Source: Eledone cirrhosa
Lineage: Eukaryota
Assembly (NCBI GenBank): GCA_964016885.1
Contig: OZ024741.1
Span: 54,870,001-54,934,000, forward strand
DNA: 64,000 nucleotides
Reading direction: 5' to 3'
Shown: positions 1-14,840 of the stretch, in pieces
Numbering within the stretch: the stretch's first letter is position 1
How the letters are laid out: every line of letters starts with the position of its first letter
Made by a program: the position numbers and the translations under genes
Notes under the pieces: generated by a model
Told to the model about the DNA's origin: nothing
The model's input: the letters and a program-made list of their open reading frames with translations, nothing else
Databases searched by the model: none

Positions 1-29
1 AAAAATTGTTTTCCGTCTCCGCCTTGCCT

Positions 30-228
30 GTCACCTCAATCTTTCTATTTCTTCTTTAATTTCATTTCTCATGCTATCTTCTGAGGAACGACTAGCGTCC
101 AAAATGTTAAGACGCTCTTCCTACCATGTTAAGCGTAAAACTAATAATTGTACTGTGTAGTTGGCTTTGTTATATCTGTTTGCTGCATATACACACACAG
201 ACGGACACACACACACACACATACACAC

Positions 229-318
<90 letters not shown>

Positions 319-535
319 GTCAACATGAATGGACCTGTTATTTTTATCTAAAGACATTTTTTCCAATTCCAACCGCCGGTCCCCTCAATCTATCTTATTT
401 CTCATTCTTTAATCTGATGAAGGACTAGTGTGCGAAACGTTAAGACCCTCTTCCTACTATATCAAGCGTTAATCTAATATATCCCTTCCATATACTGTAC
501 CGATTGTGCTGTTGTTTCTGTTTACCTTTTACATA
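30..535 (+). mobile_element. Non-autonomous PLE-like element, two tandem HHR-bearing units separated by (CA)n
   Basis: About 30-190 repeats at about 385-532 (cctcaatct...ctga.ga..gactag.gt...aaa.gttaagac.ctcttcctac). An inverted copy of the same family lies at about 26815-26990. It ends at TA repeats. Confidence 0.65.
406..445 (+). ncRNA. Minimal type I hammerhead ribozyme motif (family A)
   Basis: CTGATGA(414-420) a ggac-tagt-gtgc GAAAC GTT aaga. A degenerate copy is at 77-112. The minus-strand copy at 26891-26930 has a perfect stem II (ggac-tagc-gtcc). Confidence 0.7.
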
Positions 536-675
536 TATATATATTATACAGTGGTCAGCCGTCAGTTCCCGACTCTTTATAATATAGTCATACTCTACTA
601 ACCCAAGTATCGAATACTTTTTTGAGGAATGATCTAACTAGTTTCAAATTGGTTCTATCCTGATTTATATATATA

Positions 676-730
<55 letters not shown>

Positions 731-735
<5 letters not shown>

Positions 736-2210
736 AAAGTTGAACGGGAACAAAACAGAGAGGCAGTACGAACAAAGGTTTATTAATTTCACGCGCTTGA
801 GAGTGGGGTGGTGGTGGGGAACGACGTTGCGGGCATAAGCCCTTCTTCAGGTGAAAAGTGTGTGGGAAGAGAGTTCAAAGGGTGTGTAGGGGAGTGGTGG
901 AGAGACATATAGCAAAATGGGGGTGAGAGGAAACGGTGCAAATGAAATTAAAAATAAAGGCATGATCAAAATAAAATTAAAATGGGGTAAAACAGGTGGT
1001 GGAAGGGTGTGGGGCGTGTAGGGTGGTGGCGGGTGGAGTGGGAAGATGGAGACGGGGTGTCCGAGCGGGGTGTCCGAGTGGGGAGATGGAGACGGGGTGT
1101 CCGGTGTGTGTGTGTAGGTGTACGTGTGTGTGTATGTGAAAGCAAGGGTTGGGGGAAGAACGGGGTTGCATGTTCAGGAAGAGGTGTGTGTGGGGTTGGG
1201 TGTAGGTCGGAGTGTGTGTGCGTGTGTGGATAGAGGGGTGGGGGAGTGGATTCCGGAGGTTGAATGTGTAAATATGTGGTGGTACGCACGTGTGTGTGTG
1301 GCGTTTATGCGTGTTGTGGATGTAGGTGGCGTGTGGGAAAAAAAATTGTTTGGGGTGTATGTCTGGGGGTGAGTCGTAAAGGTAATTCCGTAAAAAGATG
1401 TGGTGGAATGCAGAGTAAAATCCTTGGGATGCGGTAGATTCTCGGGATCAAGGTTCACATATGTGTAATCCGTGAAGAGATTGGTCGGAAGAGGGGAGAT
1501 GTGGGGTGCGCGCGCAACAAGGAAGTGGTCAGAGGGTCAAGGCAGGAGGAGGGTTGTGTCTGTGTGTGCGGGGAGGTGGTCAGAGAGGCATAGCAGCAGT
1601 AGGGTAGAATGGTAAGTGAAGAAAGTCGGTGTGTCAGTGTGTGCGGAGGTGCGGTGGACAGGGGAGAGAAGGGTGTGGGGGTCGATGGAGGGAGTGTAGT
1701 GTACTGGTGTGTGTGTGTGGTGAAGGGGGTGTTAGTGGGTGTTAGTATACTGGAGGTGGAGAAAGGGTTGAATGCGGGTGAGGGTGGGGGTCAGTGGTGG
1801 TACGGTGTGTAGAGTGGGTGGTGTAAGAGGGTGTGTGTGTTCGTGTGCGTAGGGTTGGGGGTGTTAGTGATGTTAGTTGCGTGTAGAGTGGGTGGTGTAA
1901 GTGGGTGTGTGTGTTCGTGTGCTTGGGGACAGGGGGTGTTAGTGATGTTAGTTGCGGGGTGGTGGGGTGGATGTGTGGGGGTGAGGGTTAGTGGTGGTAG
2001 TAGGGTGTGTGTTTAGTGTGAGCGCGTGTATATATGTACCGGTGGGTGTGTGCGTGTGATAAGGAGGGGGGAGAAGAAGGGAGGGATGTTAGTATGTTAG
2101 TTGGGGAAGGGTGGTCGGTTGTGGGGTGGAGGTGTTACTATTGTTAGTTGTGGGGTGGGCGGTGAAAAGGAGGGGTGTGTTAGTGGTGTTAGTGGGGGAT
2201 ATGTGTGGGG
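731..2210 (-). mobile_element. GT-rich insert between (TA)n tracts with a degenerate HHR at 818-856
   Basis: Minus strand reads CTGAAGA a gggc-ttat-gccc GCAAC gtc (GAAA mutated to GCAA), followed by AATAAA and (TA)n. Confidence 0.45.
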
Positions 2211-2236
2211 ATACATACATACATATATATATATAC

Positions 2237-3193
<957 letters not shown>

Positions 3194-3254
3194 CAGGCAA
3201 TACTGGAATTGAACCATTAAGACCGTTGAGGTATGTCATACATCAATTCATGTA

Positions 3255-3316
3255 TTTTATCTGACGAGGACGTACTGAAAAAACACCACAGTACTTTCGA
3301 AATATATATAATAAAA
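3255..3316 (+). ncRNA. Type I hammerhead ribozyme motif
   Basis: ttttat CTGACGA gga-c-gtactg...cagtac-tt-tc GAAA tatata TA ataaaa. Stem I is ttttat/ataaaa. It sits in a ~170-bp insert (3191-3362) between TA tracts. Confidence 0.8.
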
Positions 3317-3374
3317 CATATATTTTGATTATGTGAAAGTGTTCATTTATTAATATTCTGAATTATATATATAG

Positions 3375-4517
<1,143 letters not shown>

Positions 4518-4599
4518 ATATAAATGAAAATAGAGAAATTAATGTGAACAAGAAGCCAACAGTATTTCATAATATATATATATATATACATATGTACAC

Positions 4600-4677
<78 letters not shown>

Positions 4678-4889
4678 TATTTAGGTATCGAGAGAGAGAA
4701 AAAAAGGGTAAGATAGGTGATACATATAGTTATTTGCCAAGTAGCGTATGCCAAAGGTGCTCGATACTAGTGCCGGCAGTATTAAATATTCGGAGTGTTA
4801 ATATTTAGTGGGCTAGAGAATTAGCAGAGCGTAAGCACGTGGGAAAGTAAGAAATCGAAGAATAGATCGTTAAAACATGTTTATTTAAA

Positions 4890-4934
4890 ACACCACCTAC
4901 GTACGTTTCGCCTAGTTGGGCTTCTCAAGGGCAT
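4890..4934 (-). ncRNA. HHR motif in PLE-1 3' pseudo-LTR (U3-A8 variant)
   Basis: Reverse complement reads TTGAGAA gccc-aact-aggc GAAAC gtac GTA ggtgg. Confidence 0.7.
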
Positions 4935-5306
4935 AAATAATCAAAAGTGTTCCTTACATTGCTCGGAAAGAGTTTTGGGGGTTAAATCCACGTCAAGGTT
5001 CATTGCTCGCAAAAATAGCTTGATTTTGCAGCAGGTCAAGGGAGGTAACTCTGGCCGGTGTTAAGGCAGTCTTTCCCGGACAAATTTTTTTATCCACTAC
5101 GAGATGAGGTTACAACCTTACCATTGTCGATACAAATGTAATCAACGCTTATTTTGAGAGTTTTTTGTTGTTTATTTTGCTGCATCTGTTTGTCTGAGTC
5201 GTTTGAGGCTGGGTCTGGTATGCAAGGATAGTTTCCTGGGTGTTCTTTTGCAGCGCCTTCCCGCCGGGGTTTAAAGACTTGTTGCAGGGAGATCCGGTGC
5301 ACGGTT

Positions 5307-8035
5307 TCACTCCTCATCCTTAACCCATCTGAAGAAGGATATTTTTAAGTGATTTGTACAACTTATCGCTGTTTCAGCTCTGCTGTTGATGAGCTCGTGG
5401 GGTGCAGTTATGATGTGGTAGAGCTCCATGAGGCAAATATCGCATTTCCTCTTGAAGTTGTACGGTGCAGCCCTGCCGAAAATATCCCAGTGCGTGGAGA
5501 AGCTGATGTTTAAGTCCTTTAGTGATGTGATGTAGTCTGCGAGCGAAGTGGAATGTCTTAGTTTTTTATTTGTGAAAGAGTGGAGATGTGTTCGAAACCT
5601 AATTTTGAACGGGCGGAGGTAGCCCCTATATAATGTTTAACGCTGTTGTGGCTAGTTACAGTGCATCTATATATAACCCTATCAGTCAAGCAGTATCCTC
5701 TAAGGGGGCAGCGTCCTCTGTCGCGGTTCCTTCTATTTCCCACTGTAAGGCCATCATTGTTGCTGTCTACGTTCTTACTCACGCTACCGCAGCTGTCGTT
5801 AGCACGATTACAACCCACAGCACGCGGGGTGGTGCGATTGTTATTCCGCACGTCATGTCCTGCATGTTCGCCAGTCATTTCGCGGTTATGCTGGTTGCGT
5901 CTGCGGATGCCGTTGCCAACACTATTGGATGCTGCCAGGGAGTTGTTAAGACCGATATAGTTATTGTCAGGTGTAGGTGCGTCTGAATCGAGGTGTTGTG
6001 TCTTGGTGATCTTACTGTGGTTCGTTGTTCCTATGATGTCTGCTAGGTTAGGAGTAGTAGAGAAGGATATTTATATATTGTTCCTATTAAGAATTTTTCT
6101 ATACCTATGGTTGGGTGGGAAGTTCTTCTCTAAGGCTTCGAAGAACATCTGGGGTATGTTGGAGGCCACACTCCGAGAGTAGTGGGGTGGAACCATAGGA
6201 CGTTACGGTGGCGATTACGTGTCCTTGTACGTTTGCTACGGGTGGTTCCATCTAGGTGACCGCTCTTATGTGTGTTAGTGCGCAGTCGCCCGTTCGGTGC
6301 CCCTTTCACTTTATGCTCGGGTGCACTCTTCCTACCTCTTCCATGTTTATGTACAGGAAGATATTGGTTGGAAGGCGTTGGTAGTAGGCCTTCGTCTTTG
6401 TTAGTTTTGTAATAGGGGAATAGTTCGAGTAATCTACAGTGGTCACCGTCGCCGGGGTCGTGATATTTAGTGCGGTTATCTATTCTATTATATCCGACTT
6501 CAAAGAGGTCGCCGCGTGATCGGTTATAGGTATGGCTTACTATAACGTTTGTTTTATGAGGGGGGTGGTTTCTAGAGCTAGCGTTAGGGATGTAGGAAAT
6601 TCCTCGGTTAAAGCCGGCGCTTATCAAGGCCCTATTGTAGTAATCTGCCGCTTGGTTGAAGATATCCTCATTAGCGGATAGTCTCGAGATTCTATGTGAG
6701 ATACTGTAGACTATGGAGTTGAGAGTCTGCTTAGAGTGGTTGGAGGCATAATTAATATAAGAGAGGCACTCTCCAGGCTTATGGTATGGCTTGTATAAGC
6801 CCGTACTCAACTCCAGAGTCACGTCCAGGAAGTTGACAACCCTGTGGTTGAGGTCCATAGTTAGGGATAGGCCGTATGACTTAAAGAACCTGTGTATATG
6901 TTTGTTAAGGTTCTCTATCCTACGGGGGCTATGGTTCCTAACGGTAAACAGCGCGTCGTCCCTATATACACCTCCTTGTAGGGCCGGTATCTCTTCCCTA
7001 AACTTATGTAGGAGGTATATCCCGACCAGGTCAGTTGCTTGCGCTGATTCACTCGACCCCATCGTGACATCGAAGTTATCAGGACGGTTGGTTCAGGTCC
7101 AGTGGGAGCCTTCGAACTGGATAATGGTTCTACGCGCCGCTAGAACTATGTCAATTTCTTTTTTAGTGAGGCTAGTGTTAGATTTAGCTAAGATAAGTGC
7201 CTTATTTAAGAGTATGGGGGAGATAGAGGCGTAGTAACTATCTATGTCAAACTGGATGAACTTCAGGGTGGCTTTATCCGGAACTCGGTGAGCCAATTTA
7301 TGACCTGGTCGGTGTTGCTCCAGAGGCAGAGCTTAGCCTTTCTATTAAGCTCCAGTAGTACTCTGTCGAGGATCACTTTACTAATCTTACCTATATCTGA
7401 TGTAGCGGGCATATTAGTCTAATAGATGGGCATATTAGTCTTATAGAGGGGCTTTCATTAAAGTCATATTTGTGATCCTTAAGCGAGAATTTAGGCGTCA
7501 TAGGGACGTACGGGTTAGTGTACTTTTCTATTTCTAAGCTGGTGACTATATCCTTCCCTACTCTATTTATGTCATTTAGGGTAATAGAGGGTGTCTTTTT
7601 GTAGTCTTTGTGTAGTTCCTTATAGATTAATTTTTTATACTTACTCGTGTCCATCTTGTACAGCTTTTGGGTTTTGTCGGAGGTGACGAAGAGGTGCGGG
7701 TATTTCTTGATCTTAGTAATTAGTGTATCAAGGGACGTTAAGAATGAATTGCTGCATTGGTGTTTCTTTCTGAACTTAACGTTTTTGATCATTTCCAGTA
7801 GGTCCTCTTCAAAGGAGTCCAGTAAGGGGTTGTGCGGTGGGTTTCGGTATGTTTTGAAGCCATACCTCTCTTTGGGTTCAGGAAAGTTACGGGTGTTCTT
7901 ATCCAGGTGGTAGGCCTTCCATCTGAGTCTCCGTATAAACGAATTAGTAGCATCTATAAGCAGTTTGAGGTAGGTTTTTCTGCTGGGTAAGGGGATACAC
8001 TTGAGAGACATGGGTAACGGCTGGTTCTCCAACAT
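5307..8035 (-). pseudogene. PLE reverse transcriptase + GIY-YIG endonuclease, frameshifted
   Basis: ORF pieces 7391-8035, 7093-7296 (FIQFDIDSYYASI), 6130-7062 (MGSSESAQATDLVG, GVYRDD) and EN (VIYRC...HYIG...CDIC). There is a SIRLICP tandem duplication at about 7405-7445. Confidence 0.92.
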
Positions 8036-8109
8036 AATGGCAAATAAGGTGAGATACTCTACAAAAGGAGCACGGTAATACAGTATTTACGTATGAAGAG
8101 AGAGAAAAC

Positions 8110-8899
8110 AATTCTTAATAGGAACAATATAAAAATATCCTTCTCTACTACTCCTAAACTAGCAGACATCATAGGAACAACGAACCACAGTAAGATCACC
8201 AAGACACAGCACCTCGACTCAGACGGACCTACACCTGACAATAACTATATCGGTCTTAACAACTCCCTGGCAGCATCCAATAGTGTCGGCAACGGCATCC
8301 GCAGACGCAACCAGCATAACCGCGAAATGACTGGCGAACATACAGGACATTACGTGCGGAATAACAATCCCACCACCCCGCGTGCTGTGGGTTGTAATGG
8401 TGATAACAACAGCTGCGGTAGCGTGGGTAAGAACGTAGGCAGCAACAATGATGGCCTTACCGTGGGAAATAGAAGGAACCGCGACAGAGGACGCTGCCCC
8501 TTAGAGGATACTGCTTGACTGATAGGGTTATATATAGATGCACTATAACTAGCCACAATAGCGTTAAACATTATATAGGGGCTACCTCCGGCCCGTTCAA
8601 AATTAGGTTTCGAACACATCTCCACTCTTTCACAAATAAAAAACTAAGACATTCCACTTCGCTCGCGGACTACATCACATCACTAAAGGACTTAAACATC
8701 AGCTTTTCCACGCACTGAGATATTTTCGGCAGGGCTGCACCGTACAACTTCAAGAGGAAATGCGATATTTGCCTCATGGAGCTCTACCACATCATAACTG
8801 CACCCCACGAGCTCATCAACAGCAGAGCTGAAACAGCGATAAGTTGTACACATCGCTTAAAAATATCCTTCTTCAGATGCGTTAAGGATGAGGAGTGAA
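8110..8899 (+). pseudogene. Inverted duplicate of the PLE-1 linker and GIY-YIG endonuclease
   Basis: ORFs 8093-8518 and 8515-8718 (RVIYRCTITSHNSVKHYIG), then a TGG>TGA stop and CDIC...CTH. Confidence 0.9.
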
Positions 8900-9267
8900 A
8901 CCGTGCACCGGATCTCCCTGCAACAAGTCTTAACACCCCAGCGGGCAGGCGCTGCAAAAGAACACCCAGGAAACTATCCTTGCATACCAGACCCAGCCTA
9001 AACGACTCAGACAAACAGATGCAGCAAAATAAACAACAAAAAACTCTCAAAATAAGCGTTGATTACATGCGTATCGACAATGGTAAGGTTGTAACCTCAT
9101 CTCGTAGCGGATAAAAAAATTTGTCCGGAAAGACTGCCCTAACACCGGCCAGAGTTACCTCCCTTGACCTACTGCAACATCAAGCTATTTTTGCGAGCAA
9201 TGAACCTTGACGTGGATTTAACCCAAAAACTCTTTCCGAGCAATGTAAGGAACACTTTTGATTATTT

Positions 9268-9312
9268 ATGCCCTTGAGAAGCCCAACTGGGCGAAACGTA
9301 CGTAGGTGGTGT
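9268..9312 (+). ncRNA. HHR motif, U3-A8 variant (inverted PLE-1 arm)
   Basis: TTGAGAA(9274-9280) gccc-aact-gggc GAAAC gtac GTA ggtggtgt. Stem III is the palindrome acgtacgt and AATAAA follows. Confidence 0.75.
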
Positions 9313-9843
9313 TTTAAATAAACATGTTTTAACGGTCTATTCTCCGATTTCTTACTTTCCCACGTATATATATAGGGCTGCCTCCCTTGCCGATCCCCAC
9401 GTGGAGTCAGCAATAGTCAGTCCTTGTATTAACATTGAACTAAAACCTGTTTGAGAAAGTGGCTTCCTTGTTCAAACATCTTACCAGAATCCTGACATTA
9501 TTTATGTAAGTGGACGGTACTTGATTTAGGAGCCGCAGCAACCCAAATACTGGATTTTACCAACCTTCCATGGGTCCGGGTAAATTTTCAATACCCGAAT
9601 TACTTGATCGTTTTTTTTTTGGCTATGCGAATGATTGTTTAACCAACGTCTCTTTTGTTTGGCCTTTAACGTTTGTTATAACTCTGGTTACTCTGAATCA
9701 TTGAGCACTTGCCTCACATCTCGGAGGTTGTTTTTCGTTATTTCGTGGGCCGAAATGCGAATCTAGATAATTTATGTTTGTATATATATACAAACATAAA
9801 TTATCGAGATATATATTTATACATGCATACTGGTTCTTTCCTG

Positions 9844-9883
<40 letters not shown>

Positions 9884-9982
9884 TGCCTTTGTCCGATGAT
9901 AGCACTTAATCTATACTGGATTTTACTTTGCTGATTATATTTACTCAACATTAATTCCTTTGAAAGGTTTGATTAATAATAA

Positions 9983-10170
9983 TTGTTTCTACTTTTGGTA
10001 CAAGGCCAGTAATTATCCAGTGCATTACTGGTACTTTATTTTATCGACCCCGTACGGATGAAAGGCAAAGTTAACCTCGGCGGGATTTGAACTCAGAATG
10101 CCAAGGACCGTAACTCTATGCGTCAAAGCATGGCGTCCGACCCTCTACCGATACTGCCAATCCACCGCCC
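9983..10170 (-). mobile_element. tRNA-derived SINE (octopod OR/OK-like)
   Basis: Minus strand has the B-box gagttcaaatccc followed by the core gccgaggttaactttgcctttcatcc...gtcgataaaataaagtaccag. Many copies occur in the window. Confidence 0.8.
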
Positions 10171-10667
10171 TTGATTATCCACCGGTTTGATTAATAATAA
10201 TAACATTTGAACTTATATTTGATGTCTAGTTTGCTGGCTACACTCATCCGACATTAATATCTTTGAAAAATAATAGTTTATCTTAATGACTGAATGACGC
10301 AGTCGAACTTTTTATTAAAATATGTTTTGGAGATGTAATTTTATATTCTTATATTCTTAAATTTATATTTGAACTGCACACCTGCTCTTATTAACTTAAT
10401 AAACTTTATAATGCTTATGGTATATGTCTTGCACTATACTTAACTTCTTTATAACAGCATGTTTCTCTATACCAGCATGTTTTATTTTAAATTTGTACTG
10501 CTTTTAGCTGCTAATTTCATTTTATTGGATTTATATGCTCATATTTTTCATATGCTTCTTCTACTTTTGCTTTCTTTTCTTGTATAAATCTTGATACTTA
10601 TGTTTACGTCCAATATTATGTATCCTCAAAATGTTCTTATGACAAGCTTTTCATATATTTTATTATA

Positions 10668-10712
10668 TACTCCGAAGAGATCTTGTGCCTGGCTGAAACG
10701 ATCGTAAATGAT
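10668..10712 (+). ncRNA. Degenerate HHR motif (C4 variant)
   Basis: CCGAAGA ...GAAAC gatc GTA with palindromic stem III; stems I and II are poor. Confidence 0.4.
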
Positions 10713-11015
10713 TAAATGTTCTAAACACTCTTTGATTGTTGTTTATAAAGTGTATATATATATATATATATATGTGGAGAGAGAGAAAGAGAGAGAGAGA
10801 TAGAGGGAGAGAGAGGGGGGAGAGGGAGAGAGGGGGAGAGGGGGGAGGGAAGGAGAGAGAGAGAGAGAGAGAGAGAGGGGGAGAGAGAGATACTTACACA
10901 CATATATATATATAGATATATAGATATATAATAATTCATATTTTTGAGGTTTTCCCTTAAAGAATTGTTTTTCTGAATCCATTCTGATTTATATACGTGT
11001 GTGTGTGTGGGTGGG

Positions 11016-11056
<41 letters not shown>

Positions 11057-11598
11057 GTCTCTCTGTCTCTCTGTCTGTCTCTCTGTGTCTGTGTATGCCT
11101 GCCTGTGTGTGTATCTGTATCTTCTACTGAGTTGGAACTGTTTCAGATCACCAGAAAACAATGAAACGGATTTAGAGATTTACGACGTAAAAAATAAATA
11201 TAGACTTTCTCTACTGATCTATTAGGTACCTTATATAATAGTGGTTGTCTTCCGTGCCTCTCTAACCATAAATTTCAGTAGCACCACTCCACATAAATTC
11301 CTCAATTTAAGATTGACCTGTAGTATCTATTTCATAGTATTAACCTTAATTGAATATATATCTGACTAAGAATGCTTTTTGTGAAAATCAGTCATATGGA
11401 ACTATTGTCATCTTGCCTGACGGTTTGAACTTTACAACACCACCTGCCTCTTTGAGGTCAAATACCAACCCTACTAGCATCTACAAACTGACCAATGAGA
11501 ATTAAGACTATTCCTGCTGACAACATTAAATTATTCCTAACAGGCTCTGATACCATCAACACTATAAACACAGAGCTGGCATATCTAAGAACTGACTA

Positions 11599-11654
11599 AC
11601 TGCCTGATGAGGTCATAGCCATTCAATGGCTATCATCGAAATATATATAGCAGT
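11599..11654 (+). ncRNA. Type I hammerhead ribozyme motif
   Basis: actgc CTGATGA ggt-c-atagccatt-c-aatggctat-c-atc GAAA tatata TA gcagt aaataaa. Stem I is a perfect 5 bp. Confidence 0.85.
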
Positions 11655-11735
11655 AAATAAAGGATTATGAGTTCATGCAATTGACTTATGTTTCGTCACT
11701 ATATATATATATATATATTATATATATATATATAT

Positions 11736-12556
11736 TGTTTCTACGTTAGGCACAAAGCCAGCAATTACCCAGTCCATTACGGGTACTTTATTTTATCGAC
11801 CCCGTAAGGATGAAAGGCAAAGTTAACTTCGGCGGGATTTGAACTCAGAATGGCAATAGATAACAATATATATATATATATATATTGTTATCTATTGCGT
11901 GGGCCATACTGCCATTCAAAACACACTAAGCCACCGGTGTAGCTAGAGCTAGAACAAAACTAAAAGGAGGAGACACAGAGGGCCAAAACAGTCATTTATA
12001 GAATTACATTTGTCGCCAAAAATATAACAACTGGGTTTTCTACATTGTACCGTCAGTTTTGTTGCATTGGACTCGTGCTCCTAAAGAAGCACAGACCCTG
12101 AATAGCCTTCTACTGCTGAAGGGTAAAATAGGATTTGTAAGTCTATGGTGACCCCTCCCAACCACATGTCGTTAATTTATACTTCAGATAGGACTTTATT
12201 TTATAAACCTGGAAGGTATGAAAGGTAAGGTTGACCTTGGTGGGATTTGAACTCAGCCCGCAAAATTACTACTAATATTATTTCTAATTTTGGTGTATGG
12301 CCAGCAATTTAGAAGAGAGTCGATTATATCGAGCTCTTTTTGTCGACTTCTAAAGTATGAAATGTAAAGGATTTGAAATCCAAACGTAAACAACCGTAAA
12401 AACAAAACAAAAAAAGATTCCTAATTGTGGCACAAGGCCAGCAATTTGAGCGAAAGGGAAAGTCAGTTATATCGATCCCAGCACTTAGCTGGTACTTTTT
12501 TATTGACCTCAGAAGGGTGAAAGGCAAAGTTGACCCCGGTGGAATCTGAACTCAGG
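11736..12556 (-). mobile_element. Cluster of SINE fragments
   Basis: gaaaggcaaagtt.ac..cgg.gg.atttgaactcag at about 11810-11850, 12220-12256 and 12519-12555. Confidence 0.75.
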
Positions 12557-12798
12557 TACTACTACTAATAATAATAAACAGTTCTTGTGTTTTTGTTTTT
12601 TGTATTTGTTTTCTTTATATTTCAAATTATTCGATTTTTTTTTTTTTTTTTGATGAGACAAAATTGAAGAAAAGGTCCGGAGTCATTTATCATCGCTCTA
12701 TCTAAATTGATATAAAAACTGCCCAGACTCCACAGATGATAAGTAAAAAGGTTTTGGGACTTTGCCATTACGGCTAGTAGTTTAGTCGATCAGTAGCA

Positions 12799-12844
<46 letters not shown>

Positions 12845-13189
12845 GAGGGGGGGGTCAGCGAAAGTGTGATAGAGAGAAGACGAAACAGAAAGTGAGTGAG
12901 TGAGAGTGAGAGAGGGAACGAAAGAGAAAGTGAGTGGAAGAGAGTAAGAGAGAGAGAGAAAGAGAGAGTGGGATAGATAGAGAAGGTTAGGGAGAGGATC
13001 TGAGAGAGATACAAGGCGAAGGAGAGAGAGGGGCGTTATTCTCTATAGAATAGTCTTCTCTAAATGCTAGAGGGTAGACTAACATAATTGGAAATAACTT
13101 GCTAGATCTGATTATACTTTCTCAAACTTTAAATTGGCCATGACCGATGTAAAGCCATAAACACTGCTCTTGTACATACATATATATAC

Positions 13190-13250
<61 letters not shown>

Positions 13251-13400
13251 TCATGTATGTACGTGTGCGTAGGTATTATATACTCACTTTATCTATGCAT
13301 TTATCTAGCTAACTAGATAGGTAGCCATTTTTATTTATAGATCGATGTATGTATCTATATATACAAATCTATCATAATTTCTCCCTCTCTCTCTCTCTCC

Positions 13401-13482
<82 letters not shown>

Positions 13483-14029
13483 TACTCTTTATATATATAT
13501 AGTGAGAGATGGAGAAAAGACGAAGAAAGAGAGATAGATAGATACATACATAATTTTCTGTCTATGAAAACCTGCAATAATTTCTGGTGAACTTAATATT
13601 TATCTATCTAATTAACTATCTGTGAATCTATGGATTTCTATGTGTAACTATATGAGTTTATATGTTTGTGGATGGTGTGTACAGAGAGGGGAGGCGAGAA
13701 ATAAAGAGTGAAACAAGAGGTTATACGTATGTGCGAATAAGAAAAAATATAAAGTTTTCAATACAAAAAATATAATAATGTATTATTTATTGGATACTGA
13801 AGTCTCACAAATCGTTACTCCGAGGTTCTCGTTGTCGATCTGCGGACGTTTATTAAAAATTCGCCAAACCGGCTATAAATATAAATCCGACATTTCGATT
13901 CGCTTATATCAAAACTCGTCTGTATAAATTTATTGCTTGTCATTACAGTATTCTTACGAACACCAGTGACCAAAAGATAGGCATAGAAAAATCCAGCTTT
14001 CAATATAGAACAATGAAATTAATAGTATT

Positions 14030-14840
14030 ATTGGTTTCTGATTTAGGCACAAAGCCAACCATTTTGGAGAAGGGGAAATTGGGTTGAATTAGCCCCAGTG
14101 CGTTACTGGTACTTTATTTTATCTACCACGTAAGGATGAAAAGCGAAGTTAACCTCAGAGGGATTTGAACTCAAAATGTGAAGCTCTAACTATATGCCGC
14201 TAACATGTCCAGTCATTCCACCACCCTAATAATTGTTTCTATTTTTAGCACAAGGCCAGCAATTACCCAGTACATTACTGCTAGTTTATTTTATCGACCC
14301 CGTAAGGATGAAAGGCAAAGTTAACCTCGGCGGGATTTGAATTCAGACCATAAAGGATGCAGCTCAGGACAGGACCCTTGTGGACTCACCTGCCTGCTAT
14401 ATTCCTGACTTTGATGGTTACATAACTGTACAGTCCTCATAAGCCAATCTACCCCCAGGGGTAGCCCGGATTCTCACCCTAATAATGGTTTCTTATTTAG
14501 GCACAAGGCCAACAATTTGGGGGAAGAGAGGGTCGATTAAATCGACCACAGTACATTACTGGTGTTTTATTTTATCGACCCATAAGGATGAAAGGCAAAG
14601 TTAACCTTAGCGGGATTTGAACTCAATACGTAAATCCTTAACTATATGCCACAAAGAATGTTATCCGACGCTCTACCGATACAGCCAACACACAACCCTA
14701 ATAAAAAGATCATTGATTTCTGATTTAGACACGATAATAACAATTTGGTGGCGAAGGGAAAATCGATTACATAGATGTTATCGACCCCCACAAAGAGAAA
14801 AGACGAAATTTGCCTCGACCAATATGAACTCAGAATGCAA
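14030..14840 (-). mobile_element. Cluster of four SINE copies or fragments
   Basis: The same SINE core at about 14030-14226, 14232-14346, 14486-14690 and 14715-14840. Confidence 0.8.

Larger units (their letters stand above)
4672..9365 (-). mobile_element. Penelope-like retroelement PLE-1: full-length degenerate copy plus inverted 3' duplicate
   Basis: RT and GIY-YIG coding at 5307-8035 (-). 8110-9365 is an inverted copy of 4837-6095. 8078-8108 is a direct repeat of the 3' terminus 4672-4702. TA repeats flank both sides. Confidence 0.93.

Noticed and set aside
8716-8718. In-frame TGA as possible selenocysteine recoding, as in Naiad PLEs
   Set aside because: It replaces a conserved Trp (TGG in the other arm), not Cys, and the domain order is C-terminal EN, unlike Naiads.
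5558-9050. Antisense and alternative-frame ORFs such as 5633-5986, 6791-7234, 7647-7913 and 8350-8625
   Set aside because: They are shadows of the PLE-1 coding sequence.
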